From Zootoca vivipara (Eukaryota), in contig NC_083281.1 of the NCBI RefSeq assembly GCF_963506605.1, positions 16,244,001 to 16,308,000 of the forward strand: DNA of 64,000 bases. Reading direction: 5' to 3'. Made by a program: the position numbers and the translations under genes. Under the pieces are notes generated by a model. It ran no database searches. It saw only the letters and a list, made by a program, of their open reading frames with translations, and was not told where the DNA came from. Shown here one piece after another: positions 24,560 through 36,874 of this stretch. Each line of letters begins with the position of its first letter. Within the stretch, counting starts at the first letter, position 1.

Positions 24560-24780
24560 ACAGGTAGGTAGCCGTGTTGGTCTGAGTCGAAGCAAAATAA
24601 AAAAAATTCCTTCAGTAGCACCTTAAAGACCAACTAAGTTTTTATTTTGGTATGAGCTTTTGTGTGCATGCACACTTCTTCAGATAATTCCCAGAATCGT
24701 ATCTGAAGAAGTGTGCATGCACACGAAAGCTCATACCAAAATAAAAACTTAGTTGGTCTTTAAGGTGCTACTGAAGGAAT
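24560..24780. mobile_element. Penelope-like element remnant (inverted pseudo-LTR pair)
   Basis: acaggtaggtagccgtgttggtct start; inverted 80-bp arms at 24607-24686 and 24700-24779; direct repeat AATGTTTTAATG at 24548-24559 and 24778-24789. Confidence 0.8.
24699..24737 (+). ncRNA. Minimal type I hammerhead ribozyme motif (Penelope-associated)
   Basis: gtat-CTGAAGA-a-gtgtg(catg)cacac-GAAA-gc-TC-atac: intact CUGANGA and GAAA core, helix II, helix I gtat/atac, and a vestigial palindromic helix III. Confidence 0.7.
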
Positions 24781-25196
24781 GTTTTAATGGTTAGTGTGTA
24801 CCAAGTGATTCCTATTTGAATTCATCATTACATAAATAAAACCTTTTAAAGATTTACTTGAAATTCATCTTCCTACTGGACCGAGTTCTTACAATTTACT
24901 GTTTATTTCTGGACTTCACCAAGAACTCCAATTTCTACAGTAATTCAACATGGATTGTCCGGCATCCCTTTAATGATGACACGGTTCTGCCTCTTTTTAA
25001 TGCCCAGCCAGACTCTTGGCCTTTTATAATCTACTTTGAATGGTTGCCCTTCTCCATTCTCTCCCAAGCAGAGGCCCACTGGCCATTTGCAAGGTGCCTC
25101 CAAGGAGCAACAACTCATAGTGCAAAATCACTTACCCTCCCCGTGTCCCCCCGTCCCCGTGTCCCCGAGACATTCCCAGAATCGCAGAAGCCGCCC

Positions 25197-25396
25197 NNNN
25201 NNNNNNNNNNNNNNNNNNNNNNNNNNNNNNNNNNNNNNNNNNNNNNNNNNNNNNNNNNNNNNNNNNNNNNNNNNNNNNNNNNNNNNNNNNNNNNNNNNNN
25301 NNNNNNNNNNNNNNNNNNNNNNNNNNNNNNNNNNNNNNNNNNNNNNNNNNNNNNNNNNNNNNNNNNNNNNNNNNNNNNNNNNNNNNNNNNNNNNNN
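25197..25396. other. Assembly gap (200 N)
   Basis: Run of n characters. Confidence 0.99.
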
Positions 25397-25659
25397 TTTC
25401 CTTTTTCTACTTCCTTCTGCCTTATCAGCCAACCCAGGAACAGCTGGAATAGCTCGTTCGTGGGAGCATGAGACTATCAACCTCGGGGTCTTGGGTTTCG
25501 AGTCCCACGTTGCGCAAAAATATTCCTGCATTGCAGGCGGTTGGACTAGATGGTCCTCCAGTTGGGCCCCTCCAACTACGTGCTGTATACGATTCTATGA
25601 ATGAGTTGGTTGTTGTTTAGTCGTTTAGTCGTGTCCGACTCTTCGTGACCACAGATTAT

Positions 25660-26260
25660 AAGGAGCGGGGTCGACTCGAGGCAGGACATGGGCAGCCTGA
25701 GGATACGGCGGGTGGTCGTTGGCGATGCCTTCCGCCTCTCGCCTAGGAAATCCACGCGTCGGCGTTCGCGTAACGTCGGAACGGTCTTTGTACACGTGAA
25801 CGGGGCGCAGCCGAGACCCCTCCCCCCGCCGCCGCTCGCCCTCCTACACGTGCCTCCCCGCCCCTCCCACCCGTCAAGGCGCCCGGCCCCGCCCTCGCAC
25901 ATGTCTCCGCGTTCTGTCCCCGCCCCGTCACGTGCCCGCGCACCGGGCTCCTCGCCTCGCACGTGGCTGGTGAGGCCGCCCAGGAGGGCCGGGCGCCTGG
26001 CAAGAGCCTAGCCCATTGGCTGGCGGGGCCGCCGCTCAGTGCGGAGGGACGGGGCTACGGCTGCCGCCGCCGCCGCTGTCGCGACCTTTGTGTCGGGGAA
26101 GGAAGGAAGAGCGGACAGGAGGGCGCAGGTAAAGACTCCCCTTCTCCGCCTCGGGTGCATGGCTCCGGGGAGGGCGCGGGGGAAGGGGGCGCCTTGCAGG
26201 GGGAACGAGAACCGCCCCCGCGCCGTGGGCCACGATTGCACAGCCCCCTCCCTCCCTGCA
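25660..26260 (+). promoter_or_regulatory. CpG-island promoter with E-box cluster and probable non-coding exon 1 of the CIPC-like gene
   Basis: CACGTG at 25793, 25847, 25929 and 25960; CACGCG 25753; CACATG 25898; GC boxes; ATTGG near 26014; donor CAG|GTAAAG after 26128. Confidence 0.7.
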
Positions 26261-27424
26261 GCATCCTCAATGAGGGCTAGAAGCACCCCCATGTCATGGG
26301 CCATGATTTGAGATGCTCCACCCCCCTTCAGCATCCTCGATGAGGGCTAGAACCATCCCCGTGTCACTGAGTCTGATTAGACAGCCTCCCCCGCCCCCGT
26401 TCACCCCCCTCAAAGAGTGTTAGAACCACCCCATATTACAGGGTTTGGTTGACGCCCCCCCAACTCCCTTCAAAGGGCTTCCTTCCTTCCTTGCCTGTTT
26501 TTAAGCAGAGGTTGGGCTGCCACCTGCCAGGAATTCTTCAGCTGCGATTCCTGCAACTCAGGGTTGGACTAGATGACCCTTAGTTCCCACCCTCTTGATT
26601 CTATGATTCGCCTTCCTCCATGAGGACTAGGGAGCCCCTCTCCTTTGAGTGCCACGAGCTGCCCCCTGCTGCTCCCAGGTGGGGCAGAAAAGGGGGCTGC
26701 TGGCTTTGCACCACTGATGGACAGACAGTTGCCAGGGTCTCTTGCCTCCCCCAATAATAATAGTTTTCCAAACGACCTCCATCAAATTCATCTTCTGCCC
26801 GTCCCTCCTGGATTGAGATGCTGCTGGTGATGCCTGGCATTTGGACCCAACCCACCCTCTTCCCCAGCCCCCTGCTGCCTCTATTCCCCTTTACCCCAGA
26901 CGCCCCCACTGCCGTTCAGCTAAATACCCCCTGGGCTCTGGGATTGGTGGTGTTCCATGAGGTGACCCAAAGAGGTCTTTTTTTGGGGGGGGTCGGGTGG
27001 CCTCTGTGGTTGTTCCTGGTTAAAGAAGCCAGATTATCCTCCACAAGGGCCAGGGCTTTTTCAGTGATGGCTCCAACCTGGTGCAATGCTCTGTTCCATG
27101 AGACTAGGGCCATGCGGGACTTGATCTCCTTCCGCAGGGCCTGTAAGTAAAGAGTTATTCCGCCTGGCCTTCAATTTAGCCTGATCCCCCATTCCTTTTC
27201 CCCTTCCCTTTTTTATGAAGAAACCCTTCTGGGCCCCTACATTTAAACTCTTCCCTGGTCTCCTTGCTGGCCTTAGCAGGACTAACTTGGACAGTTAGCC
27301 CTGGCAATGCTACATTGATGTTGTATTTTATGCTGTTTTTAAAGTCGTTTTTAATCAATGTTTTATATTTGTTGTTAGCCACCCTGAGCCTGGTTTCTAA
27401 ACTGGGAAGGGCGGGGTATAAATA

Positions 27425-27461
<37 letters not shown>

Positions 27462-28309
27462 CTGGGAGAAGTGTCCACTTTGTGGCTCAGGACTGGGGAA
27501 ACCTCTTAAGGGAGGGGGCAGGTGAGGGCACCCATTGCGAGGACCCCTCAGTGCTGGTGGGCGGAAGCAGGAATCATGGATTTTTTTAAAAAAAAAACAC
27601 ACCCATGAAATTGTAGAGTTGGAAGAGACTCCAAGGGGTCATCTAGCCCAACCCCCTGCAATGTAGGCATCTCAGCTAAACATCTTATAGAAGCTGCTGT
27701 CATTGTCCCAGGGTATCTGTGCTCTCTTGCCTCCCCGCCTGACACCCAGGACCCTTCCAGGTCAGTAGGACCTGGGGCAGGCTTGTTTCCTGCTGCAGGA
27801 CAGGACCTGAACCAGTGAATTCAGATTGCAAGATTTTTGAGGGTAAGAGTTGTTCAGCTGTGGAATGGACTCCCTTGCAACATGAGGGGATATTTGAAGA
27901 TGGCTCTCCTATCTCCCCTCAGTCTCTTCTTCTCCAGTCTAAACATACCCAGCTCCTTCAACTGTTCCTCATCAGACTTGCTTTCCAGACCCTTGAATCA
28001 TCTTGGTTGCCCTCTTCTGTCCACATTCTACCTTGTCAACATCCTTCTTAAATTGTGGTTCCCAGAATTGAACACAGTATTCCAGGGATGGTCTGATCAA
28101 GGCAGAACAGAGTGGGACTATTGCTTCACTTGATCAGAACACTAGACGTCTGTTGAGGCAGCCTAGAATAGCGTTAGCTTTTTTTGCTGCTGCATCGCAC
28201 AGTTGACTCATGTTCAGCTTGTCCACCAAGGCCCCTAGATACTTTCCACATGTGCTGCTAATAAGCCAGGTGTCCCCATCCTATATTTGTGTATCTGGTT
28301 GTTCTTGCC

Positions 28310-28445
28310 CAGGCATCCCCAAACTTCGGCCCTCCATATGTTTTGGACTACAATTCCCATCATTCCTGACCACTGGTCCTGTTAGCTAGGGATCATGGGA
28401 GTTGTAGGCCAAAACATATGGAGGACCGCAGTTTGGGGATGCCTG
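28310..28445. mobile_element. hAT MITE
   Basis: TIR caggcatccccaaac / gtttggggatgcctg; TSD TTCTTGCC at 28302-28309 and 28446-28453. Confidence 0.88.
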
Positions 28446-28943
28446 TTCTTGCCTAAGTGCAGAACCTCACTCTGGTCCCTACTGAAACTCATTTTGTAAG
28501 TTTGGGCCCAGTTCTCCAATCTGTGAAGGTCATTTTGAATTCTGATTCTGTCTTCTGTGGCATTAGCTACCCCCCCCCCAAGTTTGGTGTCACCTGCATC
28601 CCCTCATCTGCTTAACTGCCCTCCCCCCATATTTTATTCATGTTGGCACCCCTGTCCTTAAGCTTTTTGAAATAAGCCTTCTGAAAGTGCAGAGTGCATG
28701 CCTGACTACACTCATCTTTCCTTTGCTTGTGTATAATGAAACCCAAGAAAACATGATCAATTCCTCCCGAGGTTCCCAGTGCTTCCACCTCGTCGATCGG
28801 TTCCTCTATGTTGGTGAGGACCAGGTCCAAGATAGATGACCCCCTTGTTGCTTCTTCTACCTTCTGGGAAATGAAACTGTCAGTGAGGCAATGGAGGAAT
28901 TAGCTGGATCTTACATTCTTGGCAGAGTTTGCATTCCAACATA

Positions 28944-29202
28944 CAGTGGTACCTCTGGATGCGAACAGGATCCGTTCCGGAGCCCCGTTCGCAACCAGAG
29001 CAATACACAGCCTGAAGCGCCGAATCTGTGCATGCTCACGCGATTCAGCACTTCAGCGCATGCGTGTGACGTCATTCGTCGCGTCTGCGCATGCGTGAAT
29101 CGCTGAACCCGGAAGTAACCTGTTCCGGCACTTCCGGGTTTGGCGCATTCGTAACCCGTGATATACGCAACCGTCAGCGAAGGTAACTAGAGGTATGACT
29201 AT
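28944..29202. mobile_element. Tigger/pogo-like MITE
   Basis: ta-cagtggtacctc ... gaggtatgacta-ta termini; related copies at about 38118-38345 and 46258-46480. Confidence 0.7.
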
Positions 29203-32200
29203 ATATCGGGTAGTCCAAGTCTCCTTTGACTACAATATCTTTCATTTGTGATTGTTTGGTAATCTGCTCTAGGAAGGCATCATGCAAATCTTCCGTCTGG
29301 CTTGCTGGTCTATCGCAGACAACCACAGTTAAGATCAATGTTGTTTCTCTCTCCTACAAATTTTACCCATTTACTCTCAATCTGCTTTTCATGTTCCAGG
29401 CTATGGATTTCTTCACAAGTGTACACATCCTTTACATATAATGCTGCTGGTTCTCTCTTCCTGCTGATCTATTTCTTTTGAGCAGGTCATACCCCTCAAT
29501 TCCTACATTCCAGCGATTAGTCTTATCCCACCAGGTTTCAGTAATGTTTATTAGGTCATGTCAACCTGTAGTAAGTGATCCAATTTGTCTTGCTTGTTTC
29601 CATACTCTGTGCAATAGTATAGACACAGCTGAAATCACGAGTCCTTCCTCTACACACTGCTGCCTCTCTCCACATCAGTAGGGAGTTACCTGCCGGCACC
29701 GCATGTGTCTTCCTTTTTCTGGGGAGCAGCAGGAACTGCTACCTCAGTTTGTTTTGGGGTTCGGAAACTGCTGTTCTTGCTCTCTTCTGGCCGAAAACCG
29801 GTGTCCGAGGCGAGGGCATGGAATCAGTCTTGTATTTCCAGAGACACAGCAAGGCTCCTGACTGTTTTGCTTTTTTGTGTCACATTCCTCTGGAGTTGGG
29901 CGATCTTTCTCCCTAGGGGCACCCCACCTATGTCTCTTTTCCAGGTCAGTCCATTCCTGTCTAGTGAGAATTTAGTCATCTTACCCGGTGGCTCAAAGTG
30001 TGAATAGGTGGAACTGGAGTCGCTGTACCTTCTCTTCCGGGAAGGCAACCAGATTGCACTTGCTGCAGGTGTGGTTTTGCACGTTCTCAGGCAGGAAGAG
30101 AAACATGGCATACGAGCCGCGCATGCCACAAGCACGCAGATTGTCTTGCGTGCACCTTTAAGGCTTGGTTGCAAGAAATCAACAGGTGCCCTGTGAATAT
30201 TGGTGAGCTTAGTGTCATTGACAGTATGGGATCAGACCTGTAGTATTTTGTGTCCTAGGCCTGTTTTGCATGTGTTTATTTATGTATGTGCCCACCTGGT
30301 GCCCTCCAGGCATTTTGGACTACAACTCCCATCAGCCCCAGCCAGTGCACCATGAATTGCAGTTTCCGCTAAGGGGCAATGCACACACCTTGATTCCTTT
30401 ACCTTTGAATGTGGGAATCTGCTCTGTGTGTGTGTGTGTATTCAGGGTGATGTGAGGTAACACCCGGGCTGCCCAGTTCACATGTGCAAGTCGACGCTTC
30501 TCTTTGCAGGCACCCAGTTTTGGAGTGTGCACAGATCCTGGCCAATCCCCGAGCGCCCCCCTCCCCAGTCAAGGTAGAGGGATCCACACCCTTCCTTAGC
30601 GTGTGGGGCTGGTGGAAGCCCTGGGCTTTTCTTCCCAAATGCATAGCCATTCATCAGACCGTGTCTGTTTCCCCAGCTCTGCATGTGGGCCAGTAGCCCA
30701 AGGACTTCCTTTGCCAGCCGCTTCTGCTGTGTCTGATCTCGCACTCATGACCAGGGTTGCGTCATGTGGGTACTGTTTAGTGGAACCAGTTGAACCAGAA
30801 GACAGCTTTTGGGCAGGGATGAGCCCAGGACAAGCAGAAGAAGATTGGAGAAAGTTATGGGAACCAGACAGGCAGCTCTCATGTTGACTCCAGGAATATT
30901 TTTAATTTCCCTGCTTAGCCTGCTGCAAACAGGCAGTATCACTGGTGTCCTCAAAGGGCCATCAAAATGATTTCCATTTCCATTCCAGGTCAAGGCCCTG
31001 ATTAACATCACAACTAGCTTTATGCCACTGTAAGTTGGCTCTTTCCCATGATGCGTATGAGGCTCCCCCACCCCAAAAGCTCCAGTCCTTTTCGGCGATG
31101 CAGGGGGTTGGACTAGATGACCCCTGGGGTCCCTTCCAACTCTACAGTTCTATGATTCCGTGAACTCCTGGCTAGATTCTGAGTTGCTGCTTTGTGCGAT
31201 CGGAATGGCCCTGTGTGGATCTACTCCCTGTCTCGCGGTGAGGTCTTTTGGGTGCAAGGCCACAGATGTTTGTTGTCAAGTGGAATAAGATGTTCGTCAC
31301 AAGAGGCTGTTGTCCCCTGCTCAGTCACCAGCTCATCACTGGGTTTGGCAGCCCTCCATCCCCAACGCCAGTTGCCATGTTTAGTTAAGACGTGGCACAT
31401 TCAGGACAGATAAAAGAAAAGGAAGTCCATACACAGTGCATAGTTAATCTGTGGAACTCCCTCCCACAGGAGGCAGTCGTTGCCCCCAACCTAGATGGCT
31501 TTAAAAGAGGATTGGACAGATTCATGGAGGAGAGTTCTATCGGTGGCTACTAGCCACAGTGGCTTTGTTCTGCCCTCCACAGTCAAGAGGCAGCAATGCT
31601 TCTGAATCCTAGTTGCTGGAAACCACAGGAGGAGAGAGTTGCTCTTGTGCTCAGATCCTGCTTGTGGGCTTCCTCTTGGGGCATCTGTTTGGTGACTTGG
31701 CAACTGCATGTGCGAAAGGCCTCTGTTGAGTGGAAAGCTCTCTCCTTGAGGTGCCACGATTCCTCTGCTTCAAGGAAGCTATTAGGCTGGGATATTTGAT
31801 ATTTGCATCATCATCACCTTTTCCTTTAGCTTATTGATGTGCATGGATGACCCCGGAGTGTTGCTCTTTGCCATCTCCTTGGATATTTTGAATTTGCTGC
31901 TCTTCTCTTTTTCAGTTCTTGTGATATGTGGGTTCAGATCCTCCCTCTTGCCATGGTTTGGGTTTCATTGCTGCATCTGTCACCCTCAATTTCTTTTCTG
32001 TGAATTATAGAAACGTGTTATGATGTTGCAGGGAAGAGCAAATTCCATACAGGTTAAAGGGAAATGCTTTGCAAATGGAAATTGCTGCATGAGGGATTCA
32101 TAATAATGGGCTGGGCTAGACTTTGCTTGTTTATTCTGTGCTGCATTTTTTCCTCGCCCTGGATTTTGGGTTCCTGCTGAATCGCTGTCAGCAACTGGGT

Positions 32201-32809
32201 GCTTGCAGTGGCTCTTTCTGTGCAGACGCAGAGTAGCCACACACCTGCTTAGGCTGGGGTTGGGGTGGTAATGGCCCAGAGCTGACCGAGCTTAACAGAA
32301 GCTCTTGCAGGACAAAATCCTCTTTCTTGCTCCAGGAATAGTCCGGGGCGGCAAAGTGCCGTTCCGTACGTGCTTTCTCTTCTTACAAGTTCTTACAAGT
32401 TGAAAGGCCAGCCCAGAAAAGTTGTGGCTTCACCAATTCTGGACGCAATGACATTCACTGTACAGTCTGGGGGCTGCAAGATCAAACCTTTCTTTCCCCA
32501 GAATCTGACGCCCCGTTTTCAAGTATAGGAACCAACTCCTAAGGACTGAGGTCCCTTCGACACCCTTCAATAGAATATTTGAGCCCCCCCCCCAAGTTGA
32601 TGGACACTGCCATTGCCATTCAAATGGTGTGTGTCTTGTTAGCGATTATGCAGGGTGGGGCTTACCTGCCCCCCCCCAAATATTTTATTCAAGTTGGCAC
32701 TGCTGGTTTCAGGACAGGACAGGTAAAAGGAAGGACTTCTTCCTGCAGTGCATAGTTAAACTGTGGAACTCCCTCCCGCAGGAGGCAGGGGTGGGCACCA
32801 AGCTAGATG

Positions 32810-33151
32810 TGTTGAATGATTGTGTAAAAGTGTCATTATTGTTTCACTGTACCTTTAAGAGTCAGGAAAGATTTAATGACTGGGGCTCTGCAGCTGTGGA
32901 GCAGCTCTACAGGTGTTGCTGTGAAGCTGATGATGCAGGGTATATCAGGGGTGTTGTGTGTTGCCTCTGTGCTGGGCATTTTCCCAGTGTGCTCTTGGTG
33001 GGTGGTTTGGTTGTGCGGGTATTCTGTGTAAGCCTAATTTAATTTTTTGTAATTTTTCCTTTCTCCATTAAACCAAGCATTTGTTTAAGTCTTGGTCTCT
33101 ATGTGTAAGTTCCTCAACCAGTTTCTGCTGATTTTGCTTTTTACCCTAACA
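32810..33151 (+). mobile_element. Solo LTR inserted into a CR1-type fragment
   Basis: TGTT...AACA termini, internal ATTAAA near 33067, and 5-bp TSD AGATG at 32805-32809 and 33152-33156. Confidence 0.75.
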
Positions 33152-36100
33152 AGATGGAGGACAGCAGTCCTTCTAAATACCTCCTGACCTGTAGGAGGGG
33201 AGAGGGCTCTTGTGCTCGGATCCTGGTTGCAGGTTTCCCACAGGCATCTTGGTCAGGACTGGCCTGATCCAGAAGGCTCTTCTTAGGATCCTGGAGGAAC
33301 TGTGGATATGCACAGCTGGCCCAGGCTTTTTTCTGGGAATTCCCAGCAGCAAGAGGGATTGGCCGCAGCAAATGTGCCTCCTTCGCTGCATACCCCCCCC
33401 CCCCCAATCCTGTTAAAGTACGGCTGGGACAATCCAAGCGGCTTGGCTGCCTGTTTATATCTAGGCATCCTTTGCGTTTCAAATCCTTTCTTCCAGAGGG
33501 TCTCGAAAAGTTTGCTGCTGAGACTAGGCGTGTTGAAAAGCTTCGCTGGCTGGAGCTGATTTGAACAATAGACTCCTGGAACTGTAGAGTTGGAAAGGAC
33601 TTCAAGTGTCATCTAGTCCAACCCCCTGCAATGCAGGAATCACAACTAAGGGGAAGGGGCACAAAGTGGGGTCCTCCCCGCACCCCCAGAGCAGTGCACT
33701 GTGTTGTGATGGGGGGGCTTAATTTTGTAGGTGCTGCGGGACTCACGTTTTCTCGTGCCAAATCTTCCTTGGCTTCCTGATGGAAGAAGTGAGATGTTTC
33801 TGCCTGGAGGCAGGCAGTGGCTTTTCCAAGAGAGAATCGAGAGTTTCACTTCCCGTTGGGGTCTCCCCATAGAATCGTCAAATTGCAGAGTTGCAAGGGC
33901 CCCCCCGTGGGTCATCTAGTCCAACCCCCTGCAATGCAGGAATCACAACTAAGGCACCCATGGCGGGTGGCTACCTGACCTCTGCTTAAAAACCTCCAAG
34001 GCAGGAGAGTCCACCACCTTTCATGAGAATCTCTTCCGCTCTCGGAACAGCTCTTCCGCAGCCTTCCCCTGTTCCATCAAGCTTGCAGCTCCGTCAGAAA
34101 AAGAAAGGAAGGAATGAGATTCGTTTGGCAGCGCTTGTTTTTTTTTTATAGAAAAAACCATGCTGGGTCTTCAGAACTATTTTATTTTGTTGTGCTCCTG
34201 GAACAACACAAAACTGTTTGGACCGGAAGCGAAAGCCGGAAGATGCTTCTGCCTTCCCCGTCAGGAGGGAAGGGGGACTCCTGGCTCCCTCCCTCCCTCC
34301 TCCTTTGTCTGCCTGTGCCTCATGCCTGATCCAGATTTAGTTCCGCCTGCCTCCTGCTGCGCCCCTTGTCTGGGTGGGAGGGAGGTGTGGCATGGGTGCG
34401 TGCGGGGGAAGATAATGAATGGAGCGCCCTCTCTTTTTCCCTTCCTCCAGCTGCGCCTCGTGTGTGTGCGCTGCTCCATGTGACGCCGTACTTCTAAGCT
34501 GTGTCCATATTTAGGCAGCGGAGTCTCTGCCTCTCCCGCCCCCCCCCCCCGCACCTCCATGTGCAAGCACGCATGAGAGGGTGGGCTTGGGCGCCTCTCT
34601 CCCCTCCCCTCTTCCACAACTTTCCCATGGCTGATCGGATGGCCCTGCCCCTAGAGACACCTCCCTGCGCCCGGTTATGGCGGAAAGGTTATTTTCTCCC
34701 CGGCTTGGCTGGAGAGGGGAGCTGAGCCCTTGCCACAGATGATGGAGAGGCGAAGCCTTTGAGGTAGGGGTTTTGGACGGCAAAGTCTCTCCCTTTTCTG
34801 GAAGGGTGAGTGCCGAGCAGGTACGTGGGGCTCCATCGAGTGAAGGAGGGGAGGCTGGCGGCTTGTGGGGTTGTGATGGACCTTTGGGTACGGCTGGGTT
34901 ACGGCTGGCATGTCTCGTTCTGTCTTCGACATCTCATTCTCCGCAGGCTTCTGCTGATTCTCACTGCGGCTTTCGGGAATTCGTGTGTGTGTGTGGGGGG
35001 GGGCAACCCAGACACACACCCTCTCCCGGTTGACCCCCAGGTCTCCTCTGCGTCATCAGCTGGAGCCCACTGGTTATTTATTTTATTCATTGCATTTATA
35101 TGCCAGCTTTTATTACCTCCAAGGATCCCAAGGGGGGCACCCATGCCTCTCCCCCACACCATTTAACCTCCGCAACAACAACAACCCTGTGAGGTAGGCT
35201 AGGCTGGGAGGCAGTGACTGACCCACAAGGTCACACCCAGTAAGCTTCATGGCCGAGTGGGGGGGGATTCAAACCCTGGTTTCCCAAGTCTTAGTCCGGT
35301 GCTCTAACCATTACACTACACTGTCTTTCCAGATTTTTCCTCCTAGAAGCTCCGGGTATGGTGTTCTTATCGCCATTTCTTTTGTTAGACGGACAATGGG
35401 GTGGGTTTGTGCCAAGTTTCTGGGTACCTGCCTGATAAATCATCCCCACAATTTAGGTGCGACTTTGTCCCTGGCGCCCCGGAATTGTGGCAGAGTTCCC
35501 AGAACGCCACAGGGGCTGAGAGTATGGGAACCCTTGGCTTGGTGAAATAGGGCAGCGGGTGAATTTTGCTTTTTAAGGTAGGGTGTGTATGTGTGTGTGA
35601 GGCAGAAGAGGTGGAACTCGTCTGGGAGGTCTGCCCTGGTGGTTTTGGACGAGGGTGGGTTTCCCGAGCGCACACAGCTGCCTAAACCCGCTGCCGCTTT
35701 CCTGCATTGCAAAGGGGTTGGACTAGATGACTCTTGGGAGTCCCTTCCCAGCTCTGCAATTCTGCGACACGCCTCCACTCTGGCCGTATCCATAAAATTA
35801 TAACTGTGGCACGGAGGCAGGGGGGTGGGGCAGAGGCTGAGCCCCCTTGGTCACAGGCCAGGCTGAGCCCCACAAAGTGCAGCCTCCCTCCCTCCCCCCA
35901 AGGAACGGGGGGGGACACAGGGACGCACGCCTATGCGTGAGGTGCGTGTGGGTCTCCGTGTGCTGGGAACACGCTGTACACCATTGCGTAATCTTTGGCT
36001 CTGCTTGGGAAACGTAGTAGTTGAGCCTGCCTCTCTCCCCTCCCCCCAGTCTGGGCGGGGTGTAAACAAAAGCACATGGCTGGCCAGCTGACTCTGGCTG

Positions 36101-36509
36101 GAGGAGGAACCCTTGCCTGCTGCCTGGCTGCTGTGGCATGAGGAAGCATGTGGACTGGAGGGAGGAGGAGGAGGAGGAAGCAGCATTCTCCCCACTTGAT
36201 CAAAAGTCCATATCATGGTTGAATTCTGCAGGAAATGGGGTGGGATAAAGTGCCTGAGGATTTAGTTGTTTGCCTAATAATAATAATAATTTATTATTTA
36301 TACCCCACCCATCTGGCTGGGTTTCCCCAGGCACTCTGGGCAGCTTCCAACAAAAGATTAAAAAAAAATACATTAAAACATCAGTCATTAAAAACTTCCC
36401 TAAACAGGGCTTCCTCCATCTATAAGGACTCAAGTGGAGCCTTGCTCAAAGATTTAATTCTCCCAGCTGACAGGGTACTTGATTCACTTTCCTCCATTTT
36501 ATTTATTTA

Positions 36510-36874
36510 CAGGTGAAATTATAATATCATCGAAAAGTGCATTTATTGCAGTAATGCAACTTATTTATTTATTTTTTGATTTTTACAAATGCTTTCTTTT
36601 GGAAATTCCACAGTAATAAAACAAATAGTTAACAATAATACAAAAATAAACAAAGAGAAAGATCGCTATTATATTTAATTAATTACATTCCATTTATAAT
36701 TGACCCGCCTAATGACAAATAATTACAATTACAACAAATAAAGGCTTGACGTATCTTGCTTTGCATGTCATGCATCTATCTCATATATTGGTTTCACCTT
36801 TTAAGTTGCATTACTGAAATAAATGCACTTTTCGACGATATTTTAGTTTCCCAAGTTTCCCAAGTTTCACCTGT
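36510..36874. mobile_element. Tc1/mariner-type MITE
   Basis: ta-caggtgaaa ... tttcacctg-ta termini; near-identical to the copy at 40755-41116. Confidence 0.8.

Larger units (their letters stand above)
24356..24914. mobile_element. MITE-like element with about 110-120 bp inverted termini, carrying a nested Penelope-like insertion
   Basis: 24356-24474 is the near-perfect reverse complement of 24807-24914. Confidence 0.75.
27860..30200 (-). mobile_element. Degraded CR1 LINE (ORF1 and ORF2 remnants) with nested DNA transposons
   Basis: The minus strand gives the CR1 endonuclease segment DLVLTNIEEPIDEVEALGTSGGIDHV, an ORF2 C-terminal remnant at about 27900-28300 and a Cys-rich ORF1 start at about 30000-30140. 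Confidence 0.7.

Noticed and set aside
24858-25604. ORFs spanning the N run
   Set aside because: Artefacts of translating through an assembly gap.
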